DNA of 64,000 nucleotides from Octopus sinensis (lineage: Eukaryota). The DNA lies in the NCBI RefSeq assembly GCF_006345805.1, contig NC_043018.1, positions 4,650,001 through 4,714,000 of the forward strand, in the 5' to 3' direction. The position numbers and the translations under genes were made by a program. How positions within the stretch are numbered: position 1 is the stretch's first letter; every line of letters begins with the position of its first letter. The notes beneath the pieces were generated by a model. That model did no database searches, was not told the DNA's origin, and saw nothing but the letters and a program-made list of their open reading frames with translations. Shown piece after piece: positions 24,880-38,404 of the stretch.

Positions 24880-26290
24880 TCGTTCAAATTTATTAGCAGA
24901 AACAATGTCGCTTTGTTTTAAACAAGTAAACCACATTATTTGCTGTCTATAAGAGGATATAATTCATTGTTGCGGGTGGTTTGATCTACCACCATAGTTT
25001 ACAAGACTTGAGCTGTATATGTGCTACAGTAAAATGCCAGTTGTCTTTAACATCATTGTCGGAAGAGTTTAAGGTAGCAAAAACCCACTGACACACAATG
25101 CTATGGGATTTGATGGGTTTCACTGTTCGTGCGACTAAACCAATAGTATTGACTAGAACCATATGGAGTATGAGAAAAATTGCAGAGGTTGTGGAGACTC
25201 TGGAAATGAAAGGAGGTAACACGAGATGAAGGCATGGAATTACACAGGACAAATTGTTTTCTCAGCTGAATGATAAAGGTGGCCAAGATACTGGGATCAA
25301 CGAAATTTCTTGCATCAAAAAAGGGAGACAGGTGAGGCAAAAGCAGCAGAATCAGAATGCTAGTGTGTAAGAACAATATAGGATCCATCTAGAGCAAGCA
25401 CAAAAGTTGTGGGAAATGGAATTAGCCAAATTAGGATTTCTACGAAGCACAATGTAGAATATACTTCCATCTCAACCAACAATAAATGCTGGGGATGGAG
25501 TGAAGCCTTTGGTTGTCATTGGTGTAAAGGTTATGTTCTAGCAGATTGTTTTAGTGATCTATTGCAGAGTAAGACTGGCAGCAGAACCAAATCATGGGTT
25601 TTCTTAGGGATGCAGCAGTAATAATGCAATGAGAATGAACGTCAGGTTGTTCTCTTTTAACTTCCACACGAAGGATCAGAAATGAGAATGTAGGAGCATA
25701 AACAAAAAGACAATCCCCAGATACCTTCATGGTGCAGGTTGATTTGAATGAAATGCTTTGGTTCTCAAGCCATATTTCAATAACAAAAGCAATACTCTGA
25801 CTTTATTGCATGGTCTGTCTTGACAAAAAATTTCTTTGATTGTTCAATTAACGAAGCCTTTGGAAACCAGTATGAAATGAGAGGCCTTACGGAATTGTTG
25901 CTTCAAATAGAGGTGGGCTGCCATGGGTTTATAGAAAGATCCACTGTGTTGAAAGATCTGGTTGGCATTAGATTTCAGATGGACAGCAAAACATTGAACA
26001 TAAAGGCAAGCGAAAAGTGGTTCGTCATGGTTACGGCAGATACACGTGAAAGCAGAATGCAACGAGAAAAATGAGACAAACACTGCATAGCAAAGCCAAA
26101 TTATTTTTACATGGTTCGGGTGGTCACAGTTACAATTAGTTTGACATGGTAGCTGCATAAGATGATAATCAAGAAGACGTTTTAAGAGGGTGGGCCAAAA
26201 CAACCCAGTTATTCCTTGGTAGCATCAGTATTGCCTGGCACAACTGCAGAAACGAATATTGTTAAAAGGTGCTGAAACCATGATCACCAG
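24880..26290 (+). mobile_element. Heavily decayed HERO/R2-group (restriction-like endonuclease) non-LTR element
   Basis: Frame-broken fragments SLSEEFKVAK, LWEMELAKLGFLRS, CWGWSEAFGCHWC (zinc knuckle region), VQVDL and QIEVGCHGF occur in the expected order. Confidence 0.55.
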
Positions 26291-26669
26291 TTGAGAGTTG
26301 ATGAAAGGTGTGCCCACTGTACATGTAGTGTCTAAAATATATCAGCACTCTTGTACTTCAATATATTACATAGATAAATGTGGTGCATTGCTGTACTCAA
26401 GAAGACCTGCCCACCACATCAGAATTGAGATTTTAAAACCATGGTGTCATGGAAAGAGCATTGGTGTGGGTGCTGGTGCTGCTGGTGTCACGAATAAGCA
26501 CCCAATACACTCTGTAACGTGGTTGGCATTAGGAAGGGCATCCAGCCATAGAAACCAAAACAGACAATGGAACCTAATGCCCTTCCTGGCCTTGCCAGTT
26601 TCTATTGAGCTGTTCAACCCATTGTTGTACAGCCCTTATTAACCATTTCTCAATCTCCAGTTTCTGCAT

Positions 26670-26816
26670 TGCTCACCAGATAAGGGATCGAGGGACCCTG
26701 TCAAAGGCTTTCTCCAAGTCCACAAAAGCTAAGTAGAGGGGTTTATCTTTGGCTAGGTATTTCTCCTGAAGTTGTCGAACCAGGAATATGGCATCAGTAG
26801 TGCTTCTACCCGACAA
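26670..26816 (-). mobile_element. RTE LINE, 3'-side piece of an element split by a CR1-group insertion
   Basis: SGRSTTDAIFLVRQLQEKYLAKDKPLYLAFVDLEKAFDRVP directly continues ...EMQFGFV of the 29143-30390 piece. Confidence 0.85.
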
Positions 26817-29142
26817 GGCATCGGTCTGGGCAGCAGCCATCCGTGCTAGATCTGGTATTCTCCCGCTATCCAAGATCAGTGTCAGACGTATCTGTGTGTG
26901 CCCCTCTTGCCAAGAGTGATCATGCGGTCCTGAAGTTCGTCATGCACACAACTTTTTCTACGCCCACGACTACTTCGCTGCCACGTAGAGTCTTCTCTAC
27001 AATTAATCTTGAAATTCTAACCGAGGCTTCCGCGCTTCTGGACTGGCGATCCCTGATGACGTTGTCCTCAGTTGACGAACTCTGGTCATCCCTCAAAGCA
27101 TATGTAATCTGTTTGACTGACCAGGCAGTTCCCGTTGGGCTTCCCAAGAAGAAGAAACACAAGCCCTGGGTGACGAAGAAGGTTAAACGAGAACATCGAC
27201 TCAGAGATATTGCTTGGGCTGAATTCAAAAATCTGGATTCGACTGCAGCTTTTGAGGTGTACAAAACTCAACGAGACCGAGCCGTGAAAATTGAAAAGAA
27301 AGAACGCTTCAGTTATGAATACAAAATCGCGGCAAATGCCAGTAGCAATCCAAAAACCTTCTTTGCCCATGTCCAGCGGAATTCCCGCTTGAACAACCAG
27401 ATTGCAACGTTGGTAGACTCAACAGGCGTATCGATTGAGGACCCTTATCAACAGAGTCAATTATTTGCCGAGACTTTTTCAACTATTTTCAAACAAGATG
27501 ATGGTCGTGAACCCCCTCCATTTGATAGATCGGTACCTCCAATGCTTCGATTGGTCATCACGCGGGACGAAGTCAAACGTGTTATTCAAGGCCTCGATGT
27601 CAACAAGGGTCACGGCCCTGACGGCATACACCCACGGGTTATCAAAGCGTTGGCTCCGGTCATCTGCGAGCCCTTAACACGACTATTCAAGATGTCATTG
27701 GCGATGGGTGTTATACCTGCAGACTGGAGAACAGCGATAATCTGCCCAATTTTCAAGGAAGGGAGCCGCGAAGACCCGCTTAACTACCGACCGGTTTCCC
27801 TTACATCAATAATCAGCAAGATATTCGAAACCATCCTTAAGAAAAGTATGATGCTCTACCTCCTAAACACAGCCTCTATCTCTGATTCCCAACACGGCTT
27901 CGTGCCGAAGAGATCATGCTTGACCAACTTACTAGTAATGGAAGAATTGGTGACGCGCATCCTCGATGATAGTGATGCTGTTGACATCGTTTTATTGGAC
28001 TTTGCCAAAGCTTTTGACTCGGTAAACCACCGCCTATTACTTGTCAAGCTTCAAGCATATAGTTTCCATCCGGATATTGTACGATGGGTTGGTGCCTTCC
28101 TCTCAGATCGCTCCTTCCAAGTCCAAGTTAATGGTTCGCAGTCCGACGTCTCCAGTGCGAGCAGTGGCGTGCCTCAAGGTTCAGTGCTTGGGCCCTTGTT
28201 GTTCTTAGTCTTCATAAATGACTTGCCCGACGACCTCACGCAACACACCCTTCTATTTGCCGACGATATCAAACTGGTCGCTCCTCGCGGTAATATAGAG
28301 GATCTTCGTCGATGCCTCCACCAAATTTGGAAGTGGTCTAATGATTGGGACCTGTGTCTGAACGTGTCAAAGTGCTGTCATCTGCCTGTCGGCTCTACTC
28401 CTGCAACTCAACTTGATTTCGAGCCGGGTCGTCTGCTGCTGGAGAGGACTGATCCAGTAAAGGACCTGGGTATCTTGGTGGATTCCTCCTTTTCGCCTTC
28501 GGCCCAGTGCGTCCATGCTGCCAACAAAGCACGCGGAATTCTGTTCTTGATTCGACGGTCATTCGGAATGCTCACAGCAGCCATATTCCTACCACTCTAT
28601 GTCACGCTGGTGAGACCCATATTGGAGTATGGGATTCAAGCCTCTTCTCCTTACCTCCTCAAAGACATACAGCATCTCGAAAGAGTCCAGAAGCTGGCTA
28701 CCCGCATGGTTCATGGTCTCAAAAATTTGTCCTACGAAGAAAGGCTGAGGATGCTCGACCTTTATTCTCTTGAAAAACGCCGCCGCCGTGGTGATCTCAT
28801 TCTCGCCCACAACATCATAAGCGGAAAGTGTAACCTCTCGAAAGAGCTGTTCTTCACTCCTGCTCCAGAGCATCGGCTGCGGGGTCATTCCGAAAAGCTC
28901 TACCTGCGATGATTTCATCTCAATCGAAGGAGAGGAGCTTACTCCGTCCGGTTTGCGGATCCATGGAACAAGCTGCCAGACGAGATGGTGAAGATGCCGA
29001 CGACCGCTTTGTTCAAAGCCTCCCTGGACCTCAAGTGGCCTGAACTCTTTACATGAACACCACCCTGTACTTAACTCCATGTCCCCCTACATGGCCTTGC
29101 TATTTGCTTTTGAGCCAAATTAACTAACTAACTAACTAACTA
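26817..29142 (+). mobile_element. Young, 5'-truncated CR1-group LINE with (TAAC)n tail, nested in an RTE
   Basis: 689-aa ORF with endonuclease end (LDL..SDH), YRPVSLTS, QHGF, DFAKAFDSV, GVPQGSVLGP and FADD. One in-frame TGA at 28910-12; the frame continues to TGA at 29054-56. The tail is (TAAC)n. Confidence 0.92.
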
Positions 29143-30390
29143 ACAAAACCAAACTGCATCTCATCTAGGCAGACTCTCTCCCTAATGAGTTGGGCTATGA
29201 CCCTCTCCATGACCTTCATCACCTGATCCAGCAGTTTAATACCCCTGTAGTTATTTCTATCTAGAGCATCACTCTTACTCTTGTAGCAGTTGACTATAGT
29301 GCTGCTATGCCAGTCATTGGGTATGGCTCCATCATGAACTACCTGATTTACAATGCGGGTGACTAGGCCATAGCCCACACCACCAGATGTTTTAAGCATC
29401 TCAGCAGTGATTCTTGATGGGCCAGGGGCTTTTCCTGGCTTCATACCCTTAATTGCTTTATCTACCAGGGAGCTGTCTATTTGGATAGCTGGTCCCTCTA
29501 CTGGGTCAACATTTGGCAGGCTCTCCTCCTCCCATTCATTTTCCACATTCAGCAGTCTCTCATAATGACTTCTCGAAGCCTCTTTCTTTTCAGAAACATT
29601 GAAAGCAAGTGCACCATCATCCATGCGAACACATTTCTCTCCTGTAACATCACTATTTTCTCTCACACACTGTCTAGCAATACGAAATACCTCAGTTCTT
29701 TGGTCCTCACGTCGCTGAACATTGGCAAACTTCTTCTTTTCTGCTTCGCCCTTGGCTATATATACCTGCCGCCCAGCCTCCCTTTTGGCTACCTGGCACA
29801 GTTCCCTGCTACCCCCATCCCTCCAAGCTTTCCAGGCCTGTTTCTTTGCTCTAATGGCTTTGTCTACCGTACTATTCCACCACGACATAACTTTAGGTCT
29901 GGAAGGGACTTTGCACCATCCGCAGACTTGGTCTGTGACACTCGGCAAGCTGTCCCATAGGAATTTCCAGCTACCTTCTATATCTGATGTCTGTAGCTCC
30001 TCCTCCCTTTCATCAAATTTCTTGATGAGGATGTCTCTAAATCTCTGACCATGTGAAGGGTTCTTTAGCTTCCAAATCCTTCTTTTTTGGATTGGTCTGC
30101 TTTCTTATATCCTTCTGGCCTCGAGCCTAAAGTCACTAATGACTAGCCTATGGTGGGGGGTACATTCCTCACCCCCGGGAGGGTCTTTGTATTTAAGAGC
30201 AACCCTGTGTCCTGCTGTCTGGTAAGGATGAAATCAATCTGGCTAGCAGAGTCCCCTGATTGATAGGTTATCAGGTGGCTGTCTGGCTTCTTGAAGTTAG
30301 TGTTGCAGATTAAAAGGTTACATGCATCACAGAACTCCAGTAGCCTAGTTCCCTCATCATTCCGGGTGCCAATACCATGGCCCCCGTGTA
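29143..30390 (-). mobile_element. RTE LINE, 5'-side piece of the split element
   Basis: ORF 29136-29948 reads QVCGWCKVP...NYRGIKLLDQVMKVMERVIAQLIRERVCLDEMQFGFV. Endonuclease fragments HGIGTRNDEG..ICNTNFKK..QIDFIL lie upstream. Confidence 0.88.
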
Positions 30391-30397
30391 CCTCAGT

Positions 30398-30443
<46 letters not shown>

Positions 30444-31289
30444 CACACACAGAGCAGACTTCTTTCAGTTTCCATCCACCAAATCCTTTGACATGGCTTC
30501 ATTCAGCTTGAGTCTATAGAAGGCACTTGTTCAAGGTACCATGCAACGGGGCTGAACCCAGAACCATGTGGTTGAGAAGCAAACTTTTTATCACAAAGCC
30601 ATGTTTGTGCCTTATGTGCTAAGTTTTAGAGACTGATCATCATTTAGTGTGCTTGTTTCGTGTTGGCATGGGTTAGATGGTTTGACAGAATGCAGTGAGG
30701 CAGTGGCGTGGCAAGGACTGCGTTATGCTCTGTTGCTTACTTTGATTTCTATGGCTGAATGACTTTCCGTGTACTGAATGCTTTTTTATTCTGCCAATAC
30801 TTGTGAGGTTACTTTGCATTTTAGAAAACTATGAACCTTGATGGTGGGAGAGGAAGGGTTATGCAAAGAGGTGAGAAGATGTAAAAATATGAACAAATGG
30901 GCCAGAGCAGACCAGGTTTCTTGCTGAAGAGGGGCCACATGGTTACTCACTTTTAGAAAAGAGAGGGTGGGGGTGATTGGAATGGACCAAGGAATTGATA
31001 AAAATAGTGGTGATGACCTTCAATGTACAAGACGAGAAGAGTTGAGTGGGGGGATGAAGAACATGGTGTGTGGGTGGGTTGAGGTTATAAGAGTAGGAGA
31101 GAGTGAGAGATGAGGAATGGATGAGAGGGTGACTAATGAATGAAGAACAAGTGTTGAGGGGTGGATGAGTTGGGTGAAGCATATCAGAATAGTAATGATG
31201 AGGATACAGTAGAGAGGGGAAAGATGAGAGAGAATGTTAAGGATATTATTATTACGATCGTGGATATGATCCTGTCTCATAGTTCAAAT

Positions 31290-31790
31290 CCTCACCAGTT
31301 TCAGCATGTTTTTTACTGGTTACAGACAAAAACAAAATGGGGGACTGGTCTATTTCTGCAATGTTTGGTGCCTAAGATGAGAGTCAATAATGGAAAGAGT
31401 ATTTCCATCACAGAAAGAGAAGGTAATGTTCCTTGAAAGCAGAAATGTGGATTGTTTTGTATTTTCTCAATAGAAATTGGATTAGAACATTGGCATTTGT
31501 TGTGGACATTACGTCTTGTTTCAATGACTTTGAACTTACAACTTTAGTGGGAAAACAACAGCTGAAACATGAGATATGTTGCAATATTGTAGCATTTGAA
31601 AGGCAGTTACAGTTGTGAGAAGACCAGCTTCAAACAGAAAATCATAGAGATTTCCCCCACCTTGTATGAGGCCTGTCAAGATGATGTCTTGATATTGGCA
31701 CCACCAAGCTTGGCATCTAATATTGATGATCTTTCAAGCAACAAACAGCATCACGTTTCATATTGGTCCAACATTTGTTTGTATTAAAAG
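31290..31790 (+). mobile_element. Decayed hAT (Charlie/SPIN-like) transposase fragment
   Basis: Broken-frame WIRTLAFVVDITSCFN...GKQQL...AFERQLQL*EDQLQTENHRDFPHL resembles the hAT segment WLxDLAFLVDIT...GK.QL...AF..KL.LW..QL...NF.HFPTL. Confidence 0.55.
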
Positions 31791-32980
31791 GAAATAATTT
31801 TTTCTCTTTCTCATATCTGCATTCAGTGCATCGTGTTATTAATTCTGATATTTTAGAGATTCATTGTGTCCTTTTTTTGTAGATTCAAAAAATGCTTTTA
31901 TTGAAATATATTGTAACTGTGAAGGTGCATGACCTAGTGGTTAGGCTGTTGCACTAACAATTACTTGATCATGAGTTCAATTCCTAGATAGAGCAGTGCA
32001 TTGTATTCTTGAGCAAAGCATTTCATTTCGCTTTGCACCGGTCTCCCTTTCGATCTGCAGGGAACGTTGGTCTGATCGCTTAGCCAATAGGGGGGTGTCA
32101 TTTGAAGTCTAAGATAATGTGACGGTGCATTGTGACCAGCAATGTGTAACAGCATCTGATAGCCTGGTCAGTGCTGTGATCCAAAGGCAGGGAGCTGACA
32201 GAATCGTTAGCACACCAGGTGAAATGCTTACTGGCATTTCATTTGTCTTTACCTTCTGTGTTCAAATGCCACCAACGCTGACTTTGCCTTTCGTCCTTTC
32301 AAGGTTGATAAAATCAGTACCAGTTATGCACTGGGGTCAATGGAATAGACTTCTCCCCTTCCTCAAAACTTGATGGCCTTGTATCAAAATTTGAAACCAA
32401 TATCACATGATCATGTGACTAAACTGAATTCTTGGATTAAAAATTGGCATAAACCAAAATGGTTTTCTAGCCTCCCACATTCCAAAGTTTTCTGTGGCAT
32501 TAATCTGGCCCCCTGTCCACACATTAACACACCATGCAGCCTGCAAATGCAAAAACAATTTGTCAATACCTGTTCAAAACCATTTTTTTAAAAAACATTC
32601 TGATAATGTATTTTATTATTTTTAAACTTGACGTGATTTATTTTCAGTTATGAATCATATTTATATATTTTGTTTTCTATGCCGGGTTAAAAATTTGTGA
32701 CTGCTTTTGTAGTGCAGCATTCTAGCAAAGACCGTTAACTCTTTTGTTGCCATGTTTCTGTGGAGACAGACTGCTTTGTTGCAGTTAGTAAAATAACTCT
32801 GTTGTTATTAATCTGTTACTTGGAATCATGGCTGTGAGTTAAGAAACTTGCTTCTCAATGACATCGTTCCAGATTCGGTCCCACTGGGTGGCACCTAAGG
32901 GAAGTGTCTTCTACACTAGCCTCAGGCTGACCAAAGCTTTGTGAGTGGATTTGGTTGGCAGAATCTGAAAAAAAGCCTGT

Positions 32981-33047
<67 letters not shown>

Positions 33048-33051
33048 CACA

Positions 33052-34318
33052 CACAGGGATTGGACAAAATAATGGAAACACCTTAAAATTTCAAACAAAT
33101 TTATTTTAATATGGGGTAGGACCACCTTTGGCAGTAATTACAGCTTGAATTCTATGAGGTATAGACTTGTACAAAGTTTGAATTACTTCCAAAGAAATTT
33201 TTGTCCATTCTTTAGCTAAAACAGTCTCCAGTTCTTGTAGTGATGAAGGTGGAGGATATCGACTCTTAACTGTTTTTCTAAAATGCACCATAAAGGTTCA
33301 ATAATATTGAGATCTGGGGACTGCAGTGGCCAGATAAGATGTTCAACTTCACTAGAATGTTCCTCGTGCCATTCAGTAACAACTTTAGCTGTGTGAATTG
33401 GTGGATTATCATCCTGAAAGATTGCATTTCCCTCTGGAAACAGTTCCACAACCATAAGATGAATTTGCTCAGATAAAATGCTTAGTTTTGACTTTTAATT
33501 CTGCATGAAGGAAAATCATTGCACCAGCAGATTTCCAAGATACAGCCCCACCCCAAGATCGTCACATATCCTCTTCCATGTTTAACAGTTGGAAGAAGAT
33601 AGTCTGGGTCAAGTGCTTCTTTTGGCTGTCTCCACTGGTATACTCGGCCAGTGGTTGGAAGTAAGGTAAAAGATGACTCATACTAGAAAATAACATTCTT
33701 CCTCTACTCTAGGGACCATTTCTGTAGATTTTTATTCCACTCTAAATGCTTTGCAACATTTTTTTCTTGAAAGTAGTGGTTTTCTGATTGCAGCCCTCTT
33801 GTGAAATCTGGCTTTGTGCAACTCCTGGTGGGCAGTTTTTGTGGAAACTGGGTTCTTGGGGTGGTCATTAAGCTCTGCAGTAATTTTGTGAGCTGTACTT
33901 TTGTGATCCTTTCTAACAATTCGCATAAGAGTCCGATGGTCCCTATCTGAAAGTTTTGGCTTTCTTCCAGAGTTTTTTTTTGAAGAGGAGGTTTTTCCCT
34001 CTTTTTCAAAGGCTGTCATTACTTTTGAGGCAGTACTTCTTGACACACCAAACATTTCGGCAGTTTTCATTATGCCAGCGTCTGCCATACGAGCACCAAC
34101 ATCAGACCTCTTTGAAAGTCTGATAGATCTGTCATTTTAATGAATTTTAATTACCTTTTTCTGATGATATCCGAAAAGAAACAGCAATTTTAGCAAAACA
34201 TATTAAGCAACACTAATAATAAATCAAAAAACATAAAAATAAACAAGCTTTTGATGGTTTTATAGATATTTCAAAATTATGATGCTAGATGTTTCCATTA
34301 TTTTGTCCAACCCATGTG
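33052..34318 (-). mobile_element. Full-length (1267 bp) Tc1-like transposon, DD36E spacing, transposase frameshifted
   Basis: 29-bp TIRs CACA(G/T)GG(A/G)TTGGACAAAATAATGGAAACA (33052-33080 / 34290-34318), TA on the right flank. HTH region GRKPKLSDRD, and QDDN...PDLNIIE with 36 residues between D and E. Confidence 0.88.
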
Positions 34319-34454
34319 TATAGACACACACGTGTGTGTGCTTTTGTCTGTTTGTTTCTCACCAGTGCTTGACAACTGGTGTTGGTGTGTTTATATCCCC
34401 ATAACTTATTCCCATCAGGAATTACTGCAGAGATGCTCAAAATATCTGGTAGTA

Positions 34455-36458
34455 TCGGCTATAGCCAATGACTGGTGTAGCAGCATAATAGTTAACTGCT
34501 ACAAAGGTAAAGGTGACACCCTAGATACAAATAATTACAGAGGTATCAAGCTGTTGGATCAGGTAATGAAGGTTACGGAGAGGGTCATAGCCCAACTGAT
34601 TAGGGAGAGAGTCAACTTGGATGAGATGCAGTTTGGTTTCGTGCCAGGGAAAAGCACCACTGATGCCATATTTCTGGTAAGACAGCTGCAGGAGAAATAC
34701 CTAGCCAAAGATAAGCCCCCTGTACCTGGCTTTCGTTGACATGGAGAAAGCCTTTGACAGGGCCCCCCGATCCCTTATCTGGTAGTCAATGAGGAAACTA
34801 GGGATAGATGAATGGTTAGTGAGAGCTGTGCAAGCCATGTACAGGGACGCTGTAAGTAAGGTAAGGGTTAGCAACGAGTACACTGAAGAATTCAAGGTAG
34901 AGGTTGGGGTCCACCAGGGTTCAGTCCTCAGCCCCTCCTATTTATCACAGTCCTCCAGGCAATAACGGAGGAATTCAAGACAGGATGCCCCTGGGAGCTC
35001 CTCTATGCTGACGACCTTCCTCTAATCGCTTAGTCGCTATCAGAACTGGAGGAGAAGTTTCAAGTGTGGAAACAAGGATTAGAATCGAAGGGCCTTAGAA
35101 TCAACCTAGCTAAAACCAAAGTCCTAATAAGTAGGATGGCAGGCAAACCACAAATCCCTTCAGGTAGATGGCCCTGCTCAGTCTGTAGTAGAGGCGTAGG
35201 TAGAATCTCTATAAGGTGTACCCAGTGTAAGCTATGGACACATAAGAGGTGCAGTAATAGGAAGGCTAACTAGGAAGATAGTTTTTGTATGTAGCAGATG
35301 CTCCGGAGCGATAAACACTGAAAATGCGCAGAGACCAACTTCCGCCATATTCCAGGGAGAAAAACTAGAAGTTGTTGATAGCTTCCATTATCTAGGTGAC
35401 CAAGTCAGTAGCGGAGGAGGGTGCACTGAAAGTGTAGCTGCTAGAATAAGAATAGCCTGGGCAAAGTTCAGAGAGGTCTTACCTTTGGTGGTGACAAAGG
35501 GCCTCTCACTCAGAGTAAAAAGTAGACTGTATGATGCATGTGTACGAACAGCCATGCTACACGGCAGTGAAACATGGGCTGTGACTGCTGAGGATATGCA
35601 TAAGCTCGCAAGGAATGAAGCCAGTATGATCCGATGGATGTGTAATGTCAGTGTTCATACTCGACAGAGTGTAAGTACCTTGAGAGAAAAGTTGGACCTA
35701 AGAAGCATTATATGTGGTGTGCAAGAGAGATGACTGCACTGGTATGGTCATGTGGTGAGAATGAATGTGGATAGCTGTGTGAAATAGTGCCACACCCTAG
35801 CGGTTGAAGGACCCTGTGGAAGAGGAAGACCTGGGATGAAGTGGTGAAGCACATTAGACCTCACCAAGGAAATGACTAGTGACCAAGACTTTTGGAAATA
35901 TGCTGTGCTCGAGAAGACCCGGCAAGCCAGATGAGAGCATAACCAGCCTGCTTATGCATACCTTTTCCTTCTTTGGTCACTAAACTTTGCTTGCGAAGAC
36001 CTGTTGAGGCAAGTGAAATCAAAATCATTTCGATGACTGGTATCCGAGCTAGCGGGGTGCAAAGAGCACCATACGTGTGTGATCGTTGACAGAACACCAT
36101 CCTAGCGTGATCGTTGCCAGAGCAGCGAACAGGCTTCCGTACCCGTGGCACGTAAAAGGGCACCATTCGAGTGTGATCGTTACCAACGTCACTTCACTGG
36201 CATTGTGCTGGTGGCACGTGTAAAAAGATTTGAGCGCGGTCATTGCCAGTACTGCCTGACTGGCCCCTGTGCAGGTGACATGTAAAAAGCACCCACTACA
36301 CTCTCAGAATGGTTAGCATTAGGAAGGGCATCCAGCTGTAGAAACTCTGCCACATCAAGACTGGAGCCTGGTGCAGCCATCTGGTTGCCAGCCCTCAGTC
36401 AAAATCGTTCAAACCAATGCTAGCATGGTAAATGGACGTTAAACGATGATGATGATGA
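34455..36458 (+). mobile_element. RTE LINE, 5'-truncated
   Basis: VNCYKGKGD..NYRGIKLLDQVMK, MQFGFVPGKSTTDAIF, LYADD and LHGSETW, with a GTTAAACGATGATGATG tail. Confidence 0.88.
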
Positions 36459-37281
36459 ACTTAGTGGTTTGGCAAAAAGAGACCAATAGGATAAGTCCGA
36501 GGCTTAAAATAAAACTAAGCAGTGGGGTCAGTTTGATCAACCAAAATTTTTCAAGGCAGTGCCCCAGCATGGTCACAGTGTAATGATTTAAACAGATGAA
36601 AGATAACATGAAATTTTGATGGAAGATTTTATTTTAGACAACTTTAAAACAAGGAATTTCTATCCTAGAATCAGGGTCCGTATTTTAACCCTTTTAGAAG
36701 CTGTTCTATCTTGATTATCTTAGAAATAAAGTATTTTGTTTCATTTTATATGAAATATCTTTTAATTACAGAAGTGTTTAGTGTCTATAATTAATGTGTA
36801 CACACAAACACACACAGAACAATACCTCTTCACAAACAGACAATATTTTGTATGAAAAGAATTGAGAATTATTCTCACAGTTTCTGTTGCTAAAGTAGCT
36901 TCTATTGCTTTCATGGCTATTGTTACCTTAATTATAATCTTTAGTTTTATTGTCTTTGAAATGACTATTAGCAAGACTGTCATGTCACAGTCTAATGTAA
37001 TTATTGAGAGAGTGGAGTGGGTTCAATAAAAATATACTGACTCATATTAAAAGTAAATTGTAATAAAATGCATCAAAATTTTCTATCTCACTGACAGTAG
37101 TTTGACAGCTTTCTTCACTGAAAACAATCAGGTCAGATTGAAGGACTTCCACAAAGGAGGACTTGGTAGGAACGATTGTTTCTCAGAGCAAAGTGGGAGT
37201 AAATTTTAGACATGGAAGATTTACAGTAACAGTGCTAATTGCGACTGTCACATAATGTGAAAACAAGAACACACACACACG

Positions 37282-37317
<36 letters not shown>

Positions 37318-37323
<6 letters not shown>

Positions 37324-37964
37324 TCAACTTTTGTGTCTGTGTGTTTAACTTCCCGGTACATCTCCTCCTAGCCAACAAATCGTAGAACCACCAAAAATGG
37401 TTCACTTAAAGTTGAGGCGAATGAAAATTGAACTGTGCTATTTCTGTTCCAAAATTCATCTCACAAGTGCAAAAATCGATAATGTGTTTGTTTAGGCCTT
37501 ATCCCATGCATTGAATAGTGAACTTTACTCAGTCAGCTGTTTGACGTGAACTGTGTTCACCACGCATGCAAGCATGCATAAATTGCATGAAAAATAAAAA
37601 ATCAAGATATAAAAATGAATCGCCGTAAACATTGTAGAAATTCGGCAAAGAAATTAATTTTCAGGATGTAGCCTGGAGGGTTTTTACGTATTAATCGTTT
37701 GGACTTTGTGAACACATATCAATTGTTTTCATAACATTTTTAACGCTTTGAATTAAATGTAACCATTTTGCGTTGAGTCTGCAATTTGAATCACTTTAAC
37801 CAAATTTTAGCAGGCCGGATTTTTGATCATCACGGTGTATTTCAATTGGAAAAATGTTCACTTGAAGGGAATAACAAGTTGCATAATGCAAAATTTTTAC
37901 TTTTCAAAAATTCCAATTCGAAAGGGTCGAAACAAACCCAAGCAACACTGAGTGATACTGCTAG
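37318..37964 (+). mobile_element. Non-autonomous Helitron-like element (copy 2)
   Basis: Highly similar to 6369-6770 and 7000-7104, ending GATACTG-CTAG|T. The 5' end merges with (TA)n. Confidence 0.7.
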
Positions 37965-38308
37965 TATATAATATGATGCAAGGATGAAGGATATCGGGCT
38001 TTTGTAGTAGATCACAACATTTGTTTCTGCAGCACACACCAGCTTTGAGTTGCTGAGCTTATATTCATATATCTTTATAATTGATGTATAGCTGAATATA
38101 TTTCAGCAACAGCCATGTGTGAGCTTTTTATCAGGTAGAAAACTATTAAAGCCTGATACCTTCCATCCTTATCTCATATCATTATCTCCACGTACCATTA
38201 TTTATAACCTTAATTGCTTTGAGATCCACTGTTCCTCCTCACCAAAAACAGAAAGAAATATTTCACGGTCTCTTGAAGTTTATAAATTTTTATGTCAACA
38301 ATATATGT

Positions 38309-38342
<34 letters not shown>

Positions 38343-38344
38343 AC

Positions 38345-38400
<56 letters not shown>

Positions 38401-38404
<4 letters not shown>

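Noticed and set aside
28910-28912. In-frame TGA in the CR1-group ORF as selenocysteine or programmed read-through
   Set aside because: It is more simply a CGA>TGA deamination in an Arg-rich segment, and no SECIS-like hairpin was recognised in the short 3' UTR.
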